Source: Ktedonobacterales bacterium
GTDB lineage: Bacteria > Chloroflexota > Ktedonobacteria > Ktedonobacterales > JADMIN01
Assembly: GCA_030167145.1 (NCBI GenBank)
Contig: CP126532.1
Location: 1,500,001 to 1,532,000, forward strand
Reading direction: 5' to 3'
Length of the DNA stretch: 32,000 nt
Every line of letters starts with the position of its first letter. The first letter of the stretch is position 1. Of the stretch, positions 16,398 through 25,611 are shown in pieces. The notes below the pieces were generated by a model. It was not told the origin of the DNA. It saw only the letters and a program-made list of their open reading frames with translations, and made no database searches. Both the position numbers and the translations under genes were made by a program.

Positions 16398-16676
16398 CTA
16401 CCCCATCCCTCCCGGCCCAGTTCGTCCGCCACCGGCGCAGCTATGTGTAAACCCGCTGCTAGCGCCGCGCACCCCGGACACACCTATCATGCCGCGATAC
16501 TCTGCTTACCAGCTAACCGCCGTCAGTCTACACCCACGCACAAGACACGTCAACAACCCCGCCCCAAATATCCATCGGTTGTCTGCCACGAATCGGTGAA
16601 TCTCATCGCAGGGTTTGCCCCCGCTCGCGCGTTGTAGGGATAGAGCGGCCACCACCGCCGGGAGGAGTTTCACCAG

Positions 16677-17324
16677 TTGCCACACTCGCTTTCGCAGCCA
16701 CGCGCCAGCAACACTCCTGGCGACGATGCGCCCGATCTGCTGGACACGCTGGTAGCACGGGCGCGCACCGGCGACCGCGCGGCATTCACGCTGCTCTTCG
16801 AGCGCTATAACGCGCGCATCTGCGCCTATCTCGCCCGGCTGGTGGGCGATGACGACCTGGGCCACGATCTCGCGCAGGAAACGTTTCTCGCCGTCTGGCG
16901 CGCCCTGCCTCAGCTACGCGACGAACTGCGTTTCGAGCCGTGGCTCTATCGCATTGCCACCAACGCCGCACGCTCCCATCTCCGCCGCGGACGCACCCTT
17001 CAGTGGCTCCCATGGCAAGACGCCGAGAGCAGCGAAGCGCTCGCCACCCCCGGACCAGAGGAGCATATCGGCAATAGCGAAGCCGTCTCTCTGGCGCTCA
17101 AGCATCTCTCGCCACAGTGCCGCACCTGCCTGCTCTTGCAGATCGAAGGTGGCTTCTCTCAGCGTGAAATCGCTGATCTGCTGAGCATCTCCGAGAAGAG
17201 CGTCAGCGCCTATGTCAGCCGTGCGCGCGAGCAGTTTCGCGAGGTCTATCGGCGCCTCTCCGGCGAGCGTCAGCACTGCGCGGACCAGCCCCATACGCAA
17301 CAACCGGGAGGAACGGCGCGATGA
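16677..17324 (+). CDS. ECF-type RNA polymerase sigma-70 family factor
   Basis: GGAGGAG SD 9 nt upstream of TTG 16677. Region 2 (DLAQETFLAVWRAL...PWLYRIATNAA) and region 4 (REIADLLSISEKSVSAYVSRAREQF) are recognisable. Confidence 0.85.
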   Translation: MPHSLSQPRASNTPGDDAPDLLDTLVARARTGDRAAFTLLFERYNARICAYLARLVGDDDLGHDLAQETFLAVWRALPQLRDELRFEPWLYRIATNAARSHLRRGRTLQWLPWQDAESSEALATPGPEEHIGNSEAVSLALKHLSPQCRTCLLLQIEGGFSQREIADLLSISEKSVSAYVSRAREQFREVYRRLSGERQHCADQPHTQQPGGTAR

Positions 17325-19084
17325 ACATCCCCATGTTTTCCACAGCCACACCCTGCGCGCAGTGGGCGCATCTGCTCGCCGCGCAACCGGGCGACCTCAG
17401 CCCCGACCAGCGCGCCGCGCTCGATGACCATCTCGCCACCTGTGCCACCTGCGCCACCATCCGCGCAGAGTATCGTGCGATGGATAGTAGCATCCGCGCA
17501 CTTCCCGCGCCTCAGCCGTTGCCTGCCTTGCCGCCCGCGCTGCTGCGTCTCTGGGAGGACGAGGACCAACAGCGTAGCAAGCTACGCGAACGCGCCACCA
17601 CCGCCACCGCCGCTGCCACTGTTGAGCCACCCCTACCCGTATCACTGCACTCCAATGGTCCGCGCCCACTCACCCGTCGCCATCGCGTCGGGGCGATCTT
17701 CGGCTCGCTCGTCGCCACATTGCTCATCGGTGCGTTGCTGGGCGGCTACTTCTTGCTCGTCGCGGGGCACAGGCCTGCCGCGAAATCCACCGCCCCCTAT
17801 GGCCCGGTCGTTGATCCCGCTGGCCCACGCCCCCACCTCGGCGCATGGCGCACCATCATCCTGCCATCCGGCGTACCCGACCGCGCGGCGCAGCTTGCCA
17901 TGCCTGGCGCGCTAGGTGGCCAGCCCACCGGCGGCGCGACGATATTCCAACAGCCCGCCGTCTCTGGTCTGCTCTATCTCGTTGCGCCACCCATAGAGAC
18001 CACACCGCTACGCATCTGGCGCAGCCAGGACGCCGGAGCCACCTGGCAACCGCTGCCATTACCATCGAGTATCTCGGCGCTGCCCTCCGGCGCGAGTGCC
18101 TACCTCTATATGTCGGCGGGAGATCCCGATACCGTCTTTATGTGGGCCTATGCGGTCAGCCCCCAGCGTGTTGAGTTGCGCCTATACAGCAGTGATCGCG
18201 GTGCCCACTGGTCCACGTTCGCGCTACCCTCAGGCTCCGATACCTGGAACGTGGCCGCCCCCTCGGCGGCGCATGGCGTCTGGTATCTGCCGGTCTCCGT
18301 CGCCTCCCAGCCTGCCATCTGGATCAGCACGGACCACGGCGCGCACTGGTCGGCGCACGCCTATCCCGTCACCCTGCCCACTCATACCATCGGGCAACCC
18401 GCCACGCCATCAGGCATCTTCCTCGACCTGACCTATGCGCGTGGTGGCCTGCTCTGGGCTTACCAGCATACCCTCTGGTGGACCCCTGACTATGGCGCGC
18501 ACTGGCAGGCGCTCGGCGCGTGGGGCGAGCAGCCATGCGACGCGCTAATCCAGGGTACACCCGATCTCGCTGCGCTCTACTGCATGTTCTCGAATGGTCA
18601 GCAGTCGTGGCAATCTGGCACATCGCTCTCCAGTGTCGCGCTGTGGCGCAGCACCGACCACGGGCGCACCTGGCAGCCCATTCCCGCTGGGCCAGATGTC
18701 ACGCCGTCGGCGGACGACACTCACGCCTACAGCTATGTCACGTCGAAGTCCGTGCTCCGCGATGGTTCGCTGTTGACCCTAGCGTCCTCGCGCGAGAACG
18801 CCGCTCAGGTCGCGTTCTACACCCTCGCACCCGGCGCGAACGTCTGGCACGAGGCCTCCGCGCCACTCACACCGTCGCAAGGCTACTGCGCAGCTCCGCA
18901 GGGCGATCTGAGCACGCCCGGCGCGAATGGCAGTTCCTATCCGCCCGCGCCGCCCGAATGCGCCCAGCCACTGGACATCACCGTCACATCCGCCCCCAAC
19001 GGCGCACAGTACATCTACCTGACCCACGAACCCTATAACCAGATCACCACACCAACCTACGTCGCCGCGATTACGTGGAAGTGA
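17321..19084 (+). CDS. Anti-sigma factor (zf-HC2) with TM helix and extracytoplasmic BNR/Asp-box beta-propeller-like domain
   Basis: Its ATG overlaps the sigma gene stop (ATGA at 17321-17324). H-x3-C-x2-C motif HLATCATC. One TM helix (IFGSLVATLLIGALLGGYFLLVAG). Five S/T-x-D-x-G-x-x-W repeats (SQDAGATW, SSDRGAHW, STDHGAHW, TPDYGAHW, STDHGRTW). Confidence 0.8.
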   Translation: MNIPMFSTATPCAQWAHLLAAQPGDLSPDQRAALDDHLATCATCATIRAEYRAMDSSIRALPAPQPLPALPPALLRLWEDEDQQRSKLRERATTATAAATVEPPLPVSLHSNGPRPLTRRHRVGAIFGSLVATLLIGALLGGYFLLVAGHRPAAKSTAPYGPVVDPAGPRPHLGAWRTIILPSGVPDRAAQLAMPGALGGQPTGGATIFQQPAVSGLLYLVAPPIETTPLRIWRSQDAGATWQPLPLPSSISALPSGASAYLYMSAGDPDTVFMWAYAVSPQRVELRLYSSDRGAHWSTFALPSGSDTWNVAAPSAAHGVWYLPVSVASQPAIWISTDHGAHWSAHAYPVTLPTHTIGQPATPSGIFLDLTYARGGLLWAYQHTLWWTPDYGAHWQALGAWGEQPCDALIQGTPDLAALYCMFSNGQQSWQSGTSLSSVALWRSTDHGRTWQPIPAGPDVTPSADDTHAYSYVTSKSVLRDGSLLTLASSRENAAQVAFYTLAPGANVWHEASAPLTPSQGYCAAPQGDLSTPGANGSSYPPAPPECAQPLDITVTSAPNGAQYIYLTHEPYNQITTPTYVAAITWK

Positions 19085-19092
19085 GGACGAAG

Positions 19093-19863
19093 ATGATGCG
19101 CTACATTCTGCGACGGCTCCCATTCTTGTGTCTTGTGCTGGGGCTGCTTGCCCTGCCTGCGCTCGCGGGCTGTGGCGCGGCCACACCAGCGGTCAGCCAC
19201 GTCTCCACCAAACAACCGACAGCCACCGCCACTGCGCCAGTGGCACGCTGGAACCTCATCTGGCTCAATGCCGACTCCGACCGCAGCGACGCCCCGCAGG
19301 CCGCATATGCCTCCAGCGCGCTCGCGCAAAGCCCCGATGGCGCACTGCACACGCCGAGCGCCGCCTGGTGGCTCGCCATCGGCCCCAACTTCGGGCTGGT
19401 CGTGGTGCAGCTCGATCCTGGCGACCACTTCCTCACCTATCTGCCGCTGACCCGTGGTGGTCCGCTCGGCCCCAACTGGCTCCCCACCGCGTACAGTGTC
19501 TATCAGCGCCCGGCACCTGGACAAAGCGCGGCAGACGCGACCGTATCTGATACCAGCGCCATTTGCCAGGGCATAGACGCGCAGCAATCCCCATCCTTCG
19601 ATGCGATGTTCTGCCCATCGGCCACGCACTTCTACATGTACGGGCGCTTCAATCTCCAGGCCAAACCGCCCACCACCGGCGCTACCTTCGTCACGCTGGC
19701 TGGCTATCACGGCTGGCTTCAGCATGACGGCCCAGTCACCTCCGCCGTCGTCCCATTGCCCAACGGCGCCACCTTCGTCTACGGCGGCGACGACGACCCT
19801 GCGCAGATCCAGACGATGGCCGCCACGACCCTCAGCCGCAATCTCGCTGACCTGATGAACTGA
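19093..19863 (+). CDS. Putative lipoprotein (hypothetical)
   Basis: GAGGA SD upstream of ATG 19093. Signal peptide with lipobox LPALAGC. Located directly after the anti-sigma gene. Confidence 0.65.
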   Translation: MMRYILRRLPFLCLVLGLLALPALAGCGAATPAVSHVSTKQPTATATAPVARWNLIWLNADSDRSDAPQAAYASSALAQSPDGALHTPSAAWWLAIGPNFGLVVVQLDPGDHFLTYLPLTRGGPLGPNWLPTAYSVYQRPAPGQSAADATVSDTSAICQGIDAQQSPSFDAMFCPSATHFYMYGRFNLQAKPPTTGATFVTLAGYHGWLQHDGPVTSAVVPLPNGATFVYGGDDDPAQIQTMAATTLSRNLADLMN

Positions 19864-19899
19864 ACGCGATAGGCAGTCGTCTCTGCTTCAGCGCACTGC

Positions 19900-19928
19900 T
19901 TGCATCGCACCCGAAAAGCGCTTAGAAT
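19900..19928 (+). promoter_or_regulatory. Sigma70-like promoter (TTGCAT-17-TAGAAT) for the Crp/Fnr-family gene
   Basis: TTGCAT at 19900-19905, a 17-nt spacer, then TAGAAT at 19923-19928. It lies about 90 nt upstream of GTG 20022. Confidence 0.55.
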
Positions 19929-20021
19929 GGAGCCGAATAGACGCCCCGGCGATGCTACGACCGCCAGCGGCACAAAGCGCGATGGCGGCGATGAGCGCAA
20001 CAGGCGTAAGGGAGGCGGAGC

Positions 20022-20813
20022 GTGGCGGGCCACCATGCCAATGACAAGGACAAAGCAACCAACGACGCGCCTGCTAGCGTGAAGGTCAGCGCGCCCCCGC
20101 GCGACGAAGCGCCGCGCCCCGCGACCAACGCCGCCGACCAGGCCGCCACGCTCACCCAGGTCTCGTTCTTCGCCGGACTGGACGCCGAAAGCCTGCGTGA
20201 GCTGGCGGGCGCGGTGCGCCGCAAAATCTTCCGTGCGGGCGAGGTCATCTTCCACCGCGACGACCCCGGCCAGGTGCTCTACATCATCCGGTCTGGCCGC
20301 GTCAAAATCTTCATCACCAGCCCCGAAGGCCAGGAAGTCGTCCTCACCCTCCTGCGCCCCGGCGACTACTTCGGCGAGTTGGCCCTGCTCGACGGCCAAC
20401 CGCGCTCCGCCAGCGCCGTCGCCATGGAAGCCACCGACACCTTCGCGCTTCAGCGCAGCGACTTCATCCATGCCGTTGAGCGCCATCCGCGCATCGCCAT
20501 CCAGGTGATGAACGTGCTTTCGCGCCGCCTGCGCCAGACCGACGCCATGATCGAAGATCTGCTCTTCCTCGACGTGCATGGCCGCGTCGCCAAGAAACTC
20601 CTCGAACTTGCCGAGTCCCACGGCGTCCCCGCCGCCAACGGCATCCGCATCGAAATGCGGCTCACCCAGGGCGAGCTAGCCGCCATGGTTGGCTCCTCGC
20701 GCGAGAGCGTCAACAAAGTCATTGGCTACTTCACCGACAAACAATTCATCAGCACCGACCGCTATAAAATCACCGTCCTGCGGCTGGCCGACCTGCGCCG
20801 CCGTGTCTTCTAA
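20022..20813 (+). CDS. Crp/Fnr-family transcriptional regulator (cNMP-binding domain + HTH) with ~45-aa low-complexity N-terminal extension
   Basis: AGGGAGG SD upstream of GTG 20022. cNMP-binding core GDYFGELALLDGQPRSASAVA. C-terminal HTH LTQGELAAMVGSSRESVNKVI. Confidence 0.85.
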   Translation: MAGHHANDKDKATNDAPASVKVSAPPRDEAPRPATNAADQAATLTQVSFFAGLDAESLRELAGAVRRKIFRAGEVIFHRDDPGQVLYIIRSGRVKIFITSPEGQEVVLTLLRPGDYFGELALLDGQPRSASAVAMEATDTFALQRSDFIHAVERHPRIAIQVMNVLSRRLRQTDAMIEDLLFLDVHGRVAKKLLELAESHGVPAANGIRIEMRLTQGELAAMVGSSRESVNKVIGYFTDKQFISTDRYKITVLRLADLRRRVF

Positions 20814-20930
20814 CCCCTGGCAGCTTGCGCCGTCTACATGCTATGGCTCACATGATACGCGAGACGCCAATGCTGATACCATACGGAACTCGCGTGTTTT
20901 CGTCTCGCGTGGTACTCTTCGCGGTATCCA

Positions 20931-20959
20931 GTGACAACATACGCAAAGCTACGTACAAT
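20931..20959 (+). promoter_or_regulatory. Sigma70-like promoter (GTGACA-17-TACAAT) for the mannosyltransferase gene
   Basis: GTGACA at 20931-20936, a 17-nt spacer, then TACAAT at 20954-20959. The ~55-nt leader contains hairpin CGTGAG (20970-20975) / CTCACG (20986-20991). Confidence 0.5.
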
Positions 20960-21018
20960 GATGAGTATGCGTGAGATGTCTTCGACTCACGTAGCATTGC
21001 GGCACGGAAACGGCGTGG

Positions 21019-21834
21019 ATGGACGACAAGTGGAGCAGCGCATTGAGATCATTGATTGCCATACCAACCTATAACGAGCGGGAAAACATCTCCGAGCTGA
21101 TCGCGAACATCTTTCGCGTTGTTCTAACGACTGACCTGCTCGTCATTGACGACAACTCGCCCGACGGCACCGGGCAGATCGTAGACGACATCGCCGCGCG
21201 TGACCCGCGCGTCAAGGCGCTGCACCGCCCCGGCAAACTCGGCCTAGGCACCGCCTATGTGCGCGGCTTCCAATATGCCATCGAGAACGGCTATGATCTC
21301 GTCTTCGAGATGGATGCTGACTTCTCGCACGACCCGAAATACCTGCCTGCCATCCTCCAGATGTCCGAGCAAGCCGACCTCGTCATCGGCTCGCGCTACG
21401 TCCATGGCGGCGGCACGGCCAACTGGTCCTGGGTCCGCAAGTTCATCAGCGGCGGCGGCAACACCTTCGCCCGCACCCTGCTTGGCATCCCCACGCACGA
21501 CTGCACCGGCGGCTACCGCTGCTACCGCACCACCGCGCTTCGCACGATTGACCTCTCGCTGATCCGTGCGCAAGGCTACGCCTTCCAGGTCGAGATGGCC
21601 TACATTTTCTGGAAGCGCGGCTACCGCGTGCGCGAAGTCCCCATCATCTTCGAAGACCGCCGCGTCGGCAAATCCAAGATGTCGCGCAAGATCTTCATCG
21701 AAGCGTTCCGCTGGGTGCTCGCCACGCGCCTGCGCGGCGACCCCGCCGTTCGCGCTGTGCCGCCGAACAACCCACCCGCCAGTGGCCCTGTCTACCCGTC
21801 AGCCGAAGGCGCGCCCAGCCAGAGCCGCATCTAG
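21019..21834 (+). CDS. Polyprenol/dolichol-phosphate mannosyltransferase (GT2 family)
   Basis: IPTYNERENI...LLVIDDNSPDGTGQIV...GLGTAYVRGF...FEMDADFSHDP is the typical Dpm1/Ppm1-type GT2 signature. Confidence 0.85.
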   Translation: MDDKWSSALRSLIAIPTYNERENISELIANIFRVVLTTDLLVIDDNSPDGTGQIVDDIAARDPRVKALHRPGKLGLGTAYVRGFQYAIENGYDLVFEMDADFSHDPKYLPAILQMSEQADLVIGSRYVHGGGTANWSWVRKFISGGGNTFARTLLGIPTHDCTGGYRCYRTTALRTIDLSLIRAQGYAFQVEMAYIFWKRGYRVREVPIIFEDRRVGKSKMSRKIFIEAFRWVLATRLRGDPAVRAVPPNNPPASGPVYPSAEGAPSQSRI

Positions 21835-21861
21835 CGTCCCTCACCACGGCTCTTCACCGGA

Positions 21862-22677
21862 TCAGTCCGGCTGCCAGCGGTAGACGCGATAGCGGAACTG
21901 CTCCGTAAATCCCATCCGCGCATAGACGGGATACCCCATCTCGCTGGCTTGCAGCACGCCGGCGTAATAGCCACGATCTCGCGCGTCCAGCAGTGGCGCC
22001 AGCGTCACTGCTGCCCCGATGCCTCGCCCGCGCGCCGTTTCGACAGTTGTCACCGCGAAGATACCAGCCACGCCCGCAGCCAGCGTCACGGCGGAGGTTG
22101 CCACCGGTTTGCCGTGCAGTCGTGCCAGATAGTAGTGCGCCGCCGCCGCGTCGCCCAGGTCGTCGCGCAGCACTGCGGCGCGCAACTCCTCAACGATAGG
22201 GTCAGGTATCTCAAAACCCACACCGGAAGTGCGCACCCACTGCTCCAGCGACGTGCGATCCCTCACCCGCTCGATCGTGACGCCCTCCGGCAACGCCAGT
22301 GTCTCCGGCAGGCGCGAAAGCGCGACTCCCATCGCCGGTTCGTCCCCCTCATCAATGAAGCCATGGCGCACGAGATGCTCGCCCAAGTCCGCTGGCTGCA
22401 TCGAGGGGCCAACATGCCAGAGAAATGGCGCATGCAACGCCTGCGCCCGCGTCTTCACCCATTCAATACGAGCGCCCAGCGTCTCCGGCGCGAGTTGGGC
22501 GCGTGGGACACGGTTCCACCCCGCCCCGTGGATACCGGCCGCGCACCAGAGCAGATCCGGTTCATCATACACTTCCCCGCCATACGCGCGGATACACTTC
22601 GCCAGCCCCTCCGCCAGATTCGCCTCATTCGCCCGCGCCAGGGACTCCGGCGATACATCACGCACGATAATATCCAC
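21862..22677 (-). CDS. GNAT-family N-acetyltransferase (C-terminal GNAT domain)
   Basis: GGGAGGTGG SD 3-6 nt upstream of GTG 22677 (the track ORF extends to GTG 22728). The motif VETARGRGIGAAVTLAPLLDARDRG...YARMGF is the GNAT core. Confidence 0.7.
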   Translation of the reverse strand: MDIIVRDVSPESLARANEANLAEGLAKCIRAYGGEVYDEPDLLWCAAGIHGAGWNRVPRAQLAPETLGARIEWVKTRAQALHAPFLWHVGPSMQPADLGEHLVRHGFIDEGDEPAMGVALSRLPETLALPEGVTIERVRDRTSLEQWVRTSGVGFEIPDPIVEELRAAVLRDDLGDAAAAHYYLARLHGKPVATSAVTLAAGVAGIFAVTTVETARGRGIGAAVTLAPLLDARDRGYYAGVLQASEMGYPVYARMGFTEQFRYRVYRWQPD

Positions 22678-22769
22678 TTGCCACCTCCCTACCCCATCTT
22701 CGCTGTTGCCGCAATAGAGCGCGCTCACGCGGGGGGTGCTCCCCCATAGTGGCCGCCTTGTAGGCGCTG

Positions 22770-23912
22770 CTATTTTAGCAGTTGGTTTGCCACTACCAGC
22801 TTCTGAATCTGGTTCGTCCCCTCATAGATTTGCGTGATCTTGGCATCGCGGAAGAGCTTCTCCACTGGATACTCGCGGATGTAGCCATAGCCGCCATAGA
22901 TCTGCACCGCATCGGTCGTCACTTCCATCGCCACATCTGAGGCGAAGTTCTTGGCCATACTGCTCTCATAGAGAAATGGCCGTCCTGTCTCCGTCACCTT
23001 CGCCGACCACCACGTCATCAGCCGCGCCGCCTGCACCTTCGTCGCCATATCCGCCAGCAAAAACTGGATACCCTGATTCGCCGCGATCGGCTGACCAAAT
23101 TGCACCCGCTCCTTTGCGTAGTCGCGCGCATGTTCGTAGGCCGCCCGCGCGATGCCCAGCGCAATCGCCGCCACCATCGGACGCGAGCGATCCAGCATTG
23201 TCATCGCCAGCTTGAAGCCACTGCCCTCCTCGCCCAGTCGGTTCGCCACCGGCACGCGCACGTTATCCAGGTTCACCTCACCCGTATGCGAGCAGCGAAT
23301 GCCGAGTTTCTTTTCCTTCTTGCCGCCCGATAGCCCCAGCGCCTCCCCCGGCACGATAAACGCTGTCACGCCGCGATGCCCCAGCGTGCGATCCACCGTC
23401 GCGAACACCACATACAGGTCCGCGATACCGCCATTGGTGATGAAGCGCTTGCTGCCGTTGAGCACATACTCGTCGCCCTCGCGTCGCGCCGTCGTCGTCA
23501 TCGCCGCCACATCCGAGCCAGCCCCCGGCTCCGTCAGCGCCATCGCGCAGAGGCCATTGCGCTCCACGATGGGCTTCAGCAGCCTCAGCTTCTGCTCATC
23601 CGTGCCCGCGAGCAGAATCGGAATGCTCGCCAGATGTGTGCCGCCCAGCACCGTCGCCACGCCCGCGCAGCCCCAGGATAGCTCCTCGGTAATCAGGCAG
23701 TTGGTCAGCTCGTCGGTGATACCCAGCCCGCCCAACTCTTCGGGGAACGCGAAGGTCGTCAACCCCAGTTCCCCAGCCTTCTTCACCAGCTCCCACGGAA
23801 ACTCCTCGTGCTCGTCCAGTTCGGCGGCCACCGGGCGGATCTCCTGCTCGGCGAACGTATGCGCCAGCTCTTGCATGGCTTTCTGCTCATCGGTGAGGGT
23901 AAAATCAATCAT
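22770..23912 (-). CDS. Acyl-CoA dehydrogenase
   Basis: AGGAGC SD upstream of ATG 23912 (MIDFTLTDEQ...). Family-typical sequence throughout, including CAMALTEPGAGSD, FITNGG, and QIYGGYGY...YRDAKITQIYEGTNQIQ at the C-terminus. Confidence 0.9.
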   Translation of the reverse strand: MIDFTLTDEQKAMQELAHTFAEQEIRPVAAELDEHEEFPWELVKKAGELGLTTFAFPEELGGLGITDELTNCLITEELSWGCAGVATVLGGTHLASIPILLAGTDEQKLRLLKPIVERNGLCAMALTEPGAGSDVAAMTTTARREGDEYVLNGSKRFITNGGIADLYVVFATVDRTLGHRGVTAFIVPGEALGLSGGKKEKKLGIRCSHTGEVNLDNVRVPVANRLGEEGSGFKLAMTMLDRSRPMVAAIALGIARAAYEHARDYAKERVQFGQPIAANQGIQFLLADMATKVQAARLMTWWSAKVTETGRPFLYESSMAKNFASDVAMEVTTDAVQIYGGYGYIREYPVEKLFRDAKITQIYEGTNQIQKLVVANQLLK

Positions 23913-24112
23913 GCGTCTATCGCTCCTGACGGTGTGGTGTAGATGCTTTGGTGACACGTGCGCTCAGTGTAGCATGCGACGCTCGCGCATGGGTAGGCTT
24001 CATTGGCCCCCTCGAATGGGTGGCGCGCGCCTACCCGAATGACCGACGCGGGCGACGACGCGCTGCGGATACGATACCGAATACGGTGAATACCGAAGAG
24101 GGAGGGTAAATC

Positions 24113-24607
24113 GTGGCGCTCATGCGATTCTATTGGGTGATCGAAGACCAGCTTGCGGGCTGTTCGCTGCCGGGCCGAAGCGGGCCGGTGCAGGGGCTTG
24201 CCATCGCCGCCGCGCTCGAATCCGACCTTGCCGAACTGCGCGAGCGCGGCATCGGCGCGCTGCTCACTCTCACCGAAACGCCACTGCCCGAAGACGCCCT
24301 CCTCCGCTTTGCCCTCGCATCGCTGCACCTCCCCGTGCCCGACATGACCGCCCCTACGCCCCAGGACTTCGACCTTGCCCTCGGCTTCCTCGACCAGCAA
24401 CGCCTCGCTGGCCGCGCCGTCGCCGTCCATTGCCTGATGGGCCAGGGGCGCACCGGCACGGTGCTCGCGGCCTATCTCATCCGCGCGGGAGCCACGCCTG
24501 ACGCGGCAATGGCCCAGGTGCGCGCCATCTGCCCCGGCGCGATCTGCGCCGAAGAGCAAGAGCGCGCCCTCCATGCCTTCGCGCGCCGCCGCGACTGGAT
24601 TCTCTAG
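24113..24607 (+). CDS. Dual-specificity / protein-tyrosine phosphatase family protein
   Basis: GAGGGAGGG SD upstream of GTG 24113. Active-site P-loop VHCLMGQGRTG (HCxxGxxRT). Confidence 0.8.
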   Translation: MALMRFYWVIEDQLAGCSLPGRSGPVQGLAIAAALESDLAELRERGIGALLTLTETPLPEDALLRFALASLHLPVPDMTAPTPQDFDLALGFLDQQRLAGRAVAVHCLMGQGRTGTVLAAYLIRAGATPDAAMAQVRAICPGAICAEEQERALHAFARRRDWIL

Positions 24608-24612
24608 CCGCG

Positions 24613-25611
24613 CTAACTCGTCGCTAGCGCCCGCGCCAGCTTCGGCAGCGACACATCGTAGCGATACTGGATGCTCATGTGCCCGTCGTCGAATTCCTCG
24701 TACTCATAGGCGATGCCGCGCTCGCTCAGCCGCTTCGCCATCTGCCGCGCGCCGAAATGCAGGCTGAACTCGTCGCGCGTGCCGCAATCCATGTACAGCA
24801 GCCGCAGTTGCCGGAGGTTCTCGCCGTAGCGGTCCAGTAGCTCCACGGGGTCCCATTCCAGCCAGCGCGCCCATACCGCTGGGATGCGCTCGCACGTGTG
24901 CAGGTCCACTGGCAGCCCGATGCCCAGCGGCGCATCCGCGTCCGGCGAATAGCAGGCCGCCATCGCCAGAATGTTCAGCGCATCGTAGTCGCTGCTCTTC
25001 TTCTTCACCTGCGCCGCGAACTGTTGCCACCACGCCTCCACGCCGCCTTCTTTATTCACCGAGTTGCAGAACGCCGGAAAATCCTTGCCATAGCACAGAT
25101 CAAACGCCATATCGCCGCTGTGGCACGCCAGCGCGCCAAACACCTCCGGGTGCCGCATGCCCAGGATCATTGAGCCGTAGCCCCCGCTCGACTTCCCGAA
25201 GACGCCCCGCCCCTCCGGCGCGGCAATAGTGCGGTAGTGTGCATCCACCCACGGCACAATCTCGTCAATCACATAGTCTTCATAGCGCCCCGTCGCGGCG
25301 GAGTTCAGATACTGGCTGCCACCGTAGCGCGTGAAACAGTCCGGCAGCACGAAGATCGCATGCGGCATGCCCGCCGCGTAGAGCCGCTCCAGCCGCTCCA
25401 CCAGATTCGGCTGCCAAGCATCTTCATTCAGCAGCATGATGCCCTTGCCCGTGAAACCCGTCAGCCCAACGATGACTGGATAGCGCCGCTTCGCTCGCGC
25501 ATAGCCCGGCGGCAGCACCACCGGCAGCCTGCGTGCGGCGGGGTCGCCTAGGGGATTCTCCGCCAGCGCCTGGCTCTCGAAGACTGGCATCTCAATCGTG
25601 ATCGCGGTCAT
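24613..25611 (-). CDS. Alpha/beta-hydrolase esterase (putative esterase / esterase D-like family)
   Basis: AAGGGAGA SD upstream of ATG 25611 (MTAITIEMPVF...). The nucleophile elbow GKSSGGYG and the overall esterase-family pattern are present. The remaining 419 N-terminal codons of the 751-aa track ORF are non-protein-like. Confidence 0.8.
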   Translation of the reverse strand: MTAITIEMPVFESQALAENPLGDPAARRLPVVLPPGYARAKRRYPVIVGLTGFTGKGIMLLNEDAWQPNLVERLERLYAAGMPHAIFVLPDCFTRYGGSQYLNSAATGRYEDYVIDEIVPWVDAHYRTIAAPEGRGVFGKSSGGYGSMILGMRHPEVFGALACHSGDMAFDLCYGKDFPAFCNSVNKEGGVEAWWQQFAAQVKKKSSDYDALNILAMAACYSPDADAPLGIGLPVDLHTCERIPAVWARWLEWDPVELLDRYGENLRQLRLLYMDCGTRDEFSLHFGARQMAKRLSERGIAYEYEEFDDGHMSIQYRYDVSLPKLARALATS

